A stretch of 32,000 nt of DNA from Candidatus Tachikawaea gelatinosa (GTDB lineage: Bacteria; Pseudomonadota; Gammaproteobacteria; Enterobacterales; Enterobacteriaceae). The position numbers and the translations under genes were made by a program. Shown here one piece after another: positions 27,672 through 32,000 of the stretch. The DNA is taken from positions 1-32,000 of the forward strand of contig NZ_AP014521.1 in NCBI RefSeq assembly GCF_000828815.1, written 5' to 3'. The number at the start of each line of letters is the position of its first letter. Position 1 is the stretch's first letter. The notes below the pieces were generated by a model that saw nothing but the letters and a program-made list of their open reading frames with translations, was not told the origin of the DNA and searched no databases.

Positions 27672-27690
27672 AGAAATTTTTGAGTTGTAA
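27672..27690 (+). promoter_or_regulatory. 5' half of the 23S RNase III processing stem
   Basis: AGAAATTTTTGAGTTGTAA plus the first 8 nt of 23S is complementary to 30594-30621 (GCTTAATCTTACAACATCAAAAATTTTT), with one bulge and one mismatch over about 27 bp. Confidence 0.65.
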
Positions 27691-30603
<2,913 letters not shown>

Positions 30604-30621
30604 ACAACATCAAAAATTTTT
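30604..30621 (+). promoter_or_regulatory. 3' half of the 23S RNase III processing stem
   Basis: ACAACATCAAAAATTTTT pairs with 27672-27690 immediately outside the mature 23S ends. Confidence 0.6.
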
Positions 30622-30692
30622 TATGTTATTTTGATTTGCAGAAATGTTGTTCGCTTACTATAAATGATATAGATAAGAATCTATTTATGTTT

Positions 30693-30812
30693 TACTTGGT
30701 AAAAATAGCGTAGTGGTACCACCTGATCCCATTTCGAATTCAGAAGTGAAACACTATGGCGCCGATGGTAGTGTGGGGTCTCCCCATGTGAGAGTAGGAA
30801 TTTGCCAAGTAA
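30693..30812 (+). rRNA. rrf: 5S ribosomal RNA
   Basis: The 120-nt sequence TACTTGGTAAAAATAGCGTAGTGGTACCACCTGATCCCATTTCGAATTCAGAAGTGAAAC...GATGGTAGTGTGGGGTCTCCCCATGTGAGAGTAGGAATTTGCCAAGTAA aligns base for base with E. coli 5S. Helix I shows compensatory changes. Confidence 0.96.
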
Positions 30813-30859
30813 AACTAATTCTTGTTTTTTATTGATTTTATGGTTTAAAACAATACTTT

Positions 30860-31741
30860 ATGAAAAAAAAAAATGACAATATTTTTTTATTAATTGATGG
30901 ATCATTTCATTTATATAGAGCTTATTATTCTTATCCTTTTATGGTTAACACGGAAAAAAAACCTATAGGTGCAATATATGGTTTTATTTATGTACTCAAT
31001 TTTTTAATAAAAAAATATCAACCTATTAATGTAGCTGTTGTTTTTGATCATAAAGGAAAAACATTTAGAAATGAGTTATACGAAAAGTATAAATCACATC
31101 GTTTACCAATGCCTAACGAACTATCTATTCAAATTAAACCCTTACATGATATTATTCAAGCAATGGGTATTCCAATTATTTCTATTCCAGGAGTTGAAGC
31201 AGACGACGTTATTGGCACTATTGCTAAATTAGCTGAATTTCAAAAAAAACCTGTACTAATTAGCACAGCTGATAAGGATATGACTCAATTAGTTTCAAAT
31301 AAAATTAATATATTTAATATTATAAATAAAGAATTAATTGGACCAAAAGAAGTTGAAAAAAAATATGGTATAACCCCTAATTTTATTGTTGATTATTTCG
31401 CATTGATTGGTGATATATCAGATAATATTCCAGGTGTACCTGGAATAGGAAAACAAAGAGCAAAAGATCTTATACAAAAATTTGGTAATATAGAATCTAT
31501 TTATGATAGCATTGAGAAATTTGATATATACAATAAAAATTGTTCTAATTTTGTCTTCAAGCAATTAAAAAATCATAAAAAAATCGCATTCTTATCTTAT
31601 CAATTAGCTAAAATAAAAACAAATGTAGTTATTAAAGATAAGTATAATAATTTTTTTATTCGAAAATGTGATAAAAAGAGGTTATTCTTTTTATTAAAAG
31701 AATTAAATTTTAAAAAAAACGTTATTAACTTTTTAAGTTAA
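30860..31741 (+). CDS. polA: DNA polymerase I reduced to its 5'-3' exonuclease (FEN) domain
   Basis: The 293-aa product aligns with about the first 300 residues of E. coli PolA through LIDGSFHLYRAYY, VVFDHKGKTFRNELYEKYKSHR, GVEADDVIGT, ISTADKDMTQL, GDISDNIPGVPGIGKQRA and LSYQLAKIKT. It then stops. The 3'-5' exo and polymerase domains (about 630 aa) are absent, and engB begins 6 nt after the stop. Confidence 0.93.
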   Translation: MKKKNDNIFLLIDGSFHLYRAYYSYPFMVNTEKKPIGAIYGFIYVLNFLIKKYQPINVAVVFDHKGKTFRNELYEKYKSHRLPMPNELSIQIKPLHDIIQAMGIPIISIPGVEADDVIGTIAKLAEFQKKPVLISTADKDMTQLVSNKINIFNIINKELIGPKEVEKKYGITPNFIVDYFALIGDISDNIPGVPGIGKQRAKDLIQKFGNIESIYDSIEKFDIYNKNCSNFVFKQLKNHKKIAFLSYQLAKIKTNVVIKDKYNNFFIRKCDKKRLFFLLKELNFKKNVINFLS

Positions 31742-31747
31742 AAAATT

Positions 31748-32000
31748 TTATTGTGATAAGTTTTTATTGATAGTATTAATAAGTTTTTTCATTCCTATTT
31801 TAATTTTTGACGAAAAAATTATTATACTTATTTTATCACTAATCATGCTTATTTCTTTTTTAAGACATTCATATTGAACATTCTTCTTCGCAGAAGAAAC
31901 CTTATCAGATTTTGTTAATACAATGGTAATAGAAACTTTTCTAAGCATTAATTTATTTAAAATTTCTCGATCTATATCCTTTAAAAGAAATCTAATATCT
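31748..32000 (-). CDS. engB: Ribosome biogenesis GTPase EngB/YihA (3' part; continues past the window end)
   Basis: The reading frame stays open to position 32000. DIRFLLKDIDREILNKLMLRKVSITIVLTKSDK matches the E. coli EngB [34 protein letters not shown], and FSSKIKIGMKKL matches FSSLKKQGVDKL. It is convergent with polA, as in E. coli. Confidence 0.88.
   Translation of the reverse strand, partial: DIRFLLKDIDREILNKLMLRKVSITIVLTKSDKVSSAKKNVQYECLKKEISMISDKISIIIFSSKIKIGMKKLINTINKNLSQ

Noticed and set aside
27475-27690. A degenerate tRNA (Ile, Ala or Glu) could lie in the 16S-23S spacer.
   Set aside because: There is no GGTTCGAATCC-like T-arm, no acceptor-stem complementarity and no GC-rich cloverleaf segments. 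Apart from the 14-bp hairpin, the spacer is A/T-rich linker containing the boxA-like element and the processing stem.

Overview
This window looks like a core housekeeping region of an extremely AT-rich, genome-reduced gammaproteobacterial (Enterobacterales-derived) obligate endosymbiont. By eye, coding DNA is roughly 20-27% GC and the rRNA genes are far more GC-rich; I did not compute these values. The proteins are close orthologues of E. coli proteins.

Gene order is colinear with two E. coli chromosomal blocks:
- Block 1 is the oriC-proximal block: mnmG, atpBEFHAGDC, glmU, glmS on the plus strand, then mnmE, yidC, yidD, rnpA, rpmH on the minus strand, then dnaN, gyrB on the plus strand.
- Block 2 is the metE-to-engB block: metE, rmuC, tatABC, a complete 16S-23S-5S operon at the rrnA-equivalent position, a polA remnant, and engB.

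Every ORF longer than about 100 aa that is not an antisense or shadow ORF has a confident housekeeping assignment. I found no mobile elements, CRISPR arrays, toxin-antitoxin or defence-like cassettes, tRNAs, or unassigned multi-gene clusters, so I see no evidence of a novel multi-gene system here.

The notable biology is reductive:
- dnaA is cleanly absent from the rpmH|dnaN junction, and recF is absent from dnaN|gyrB.
- polA is cut down to its 5'-3' exonuclease domain.
- rsmG and atpI are missing between mnmG and atpB, and ubiE, ubiJ and ubiB are missing between rmuC and tatA.
- The 16S-23S spacer has lost its tRNAs. It carries a perfect 14-bp terminator-like hairpin built from an SD/anti-SD sequence pair.
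- The rrn leader and spacer still keep E. coli-like boxA/boxC and RNase III stems.

dnaA loss and exo-only polA are already described in some insect endosymbionts (dnaA loss in Blochmannia and Wigglesworthia, exo-only polA in Buchnera). I cannot identify the species without a database search.
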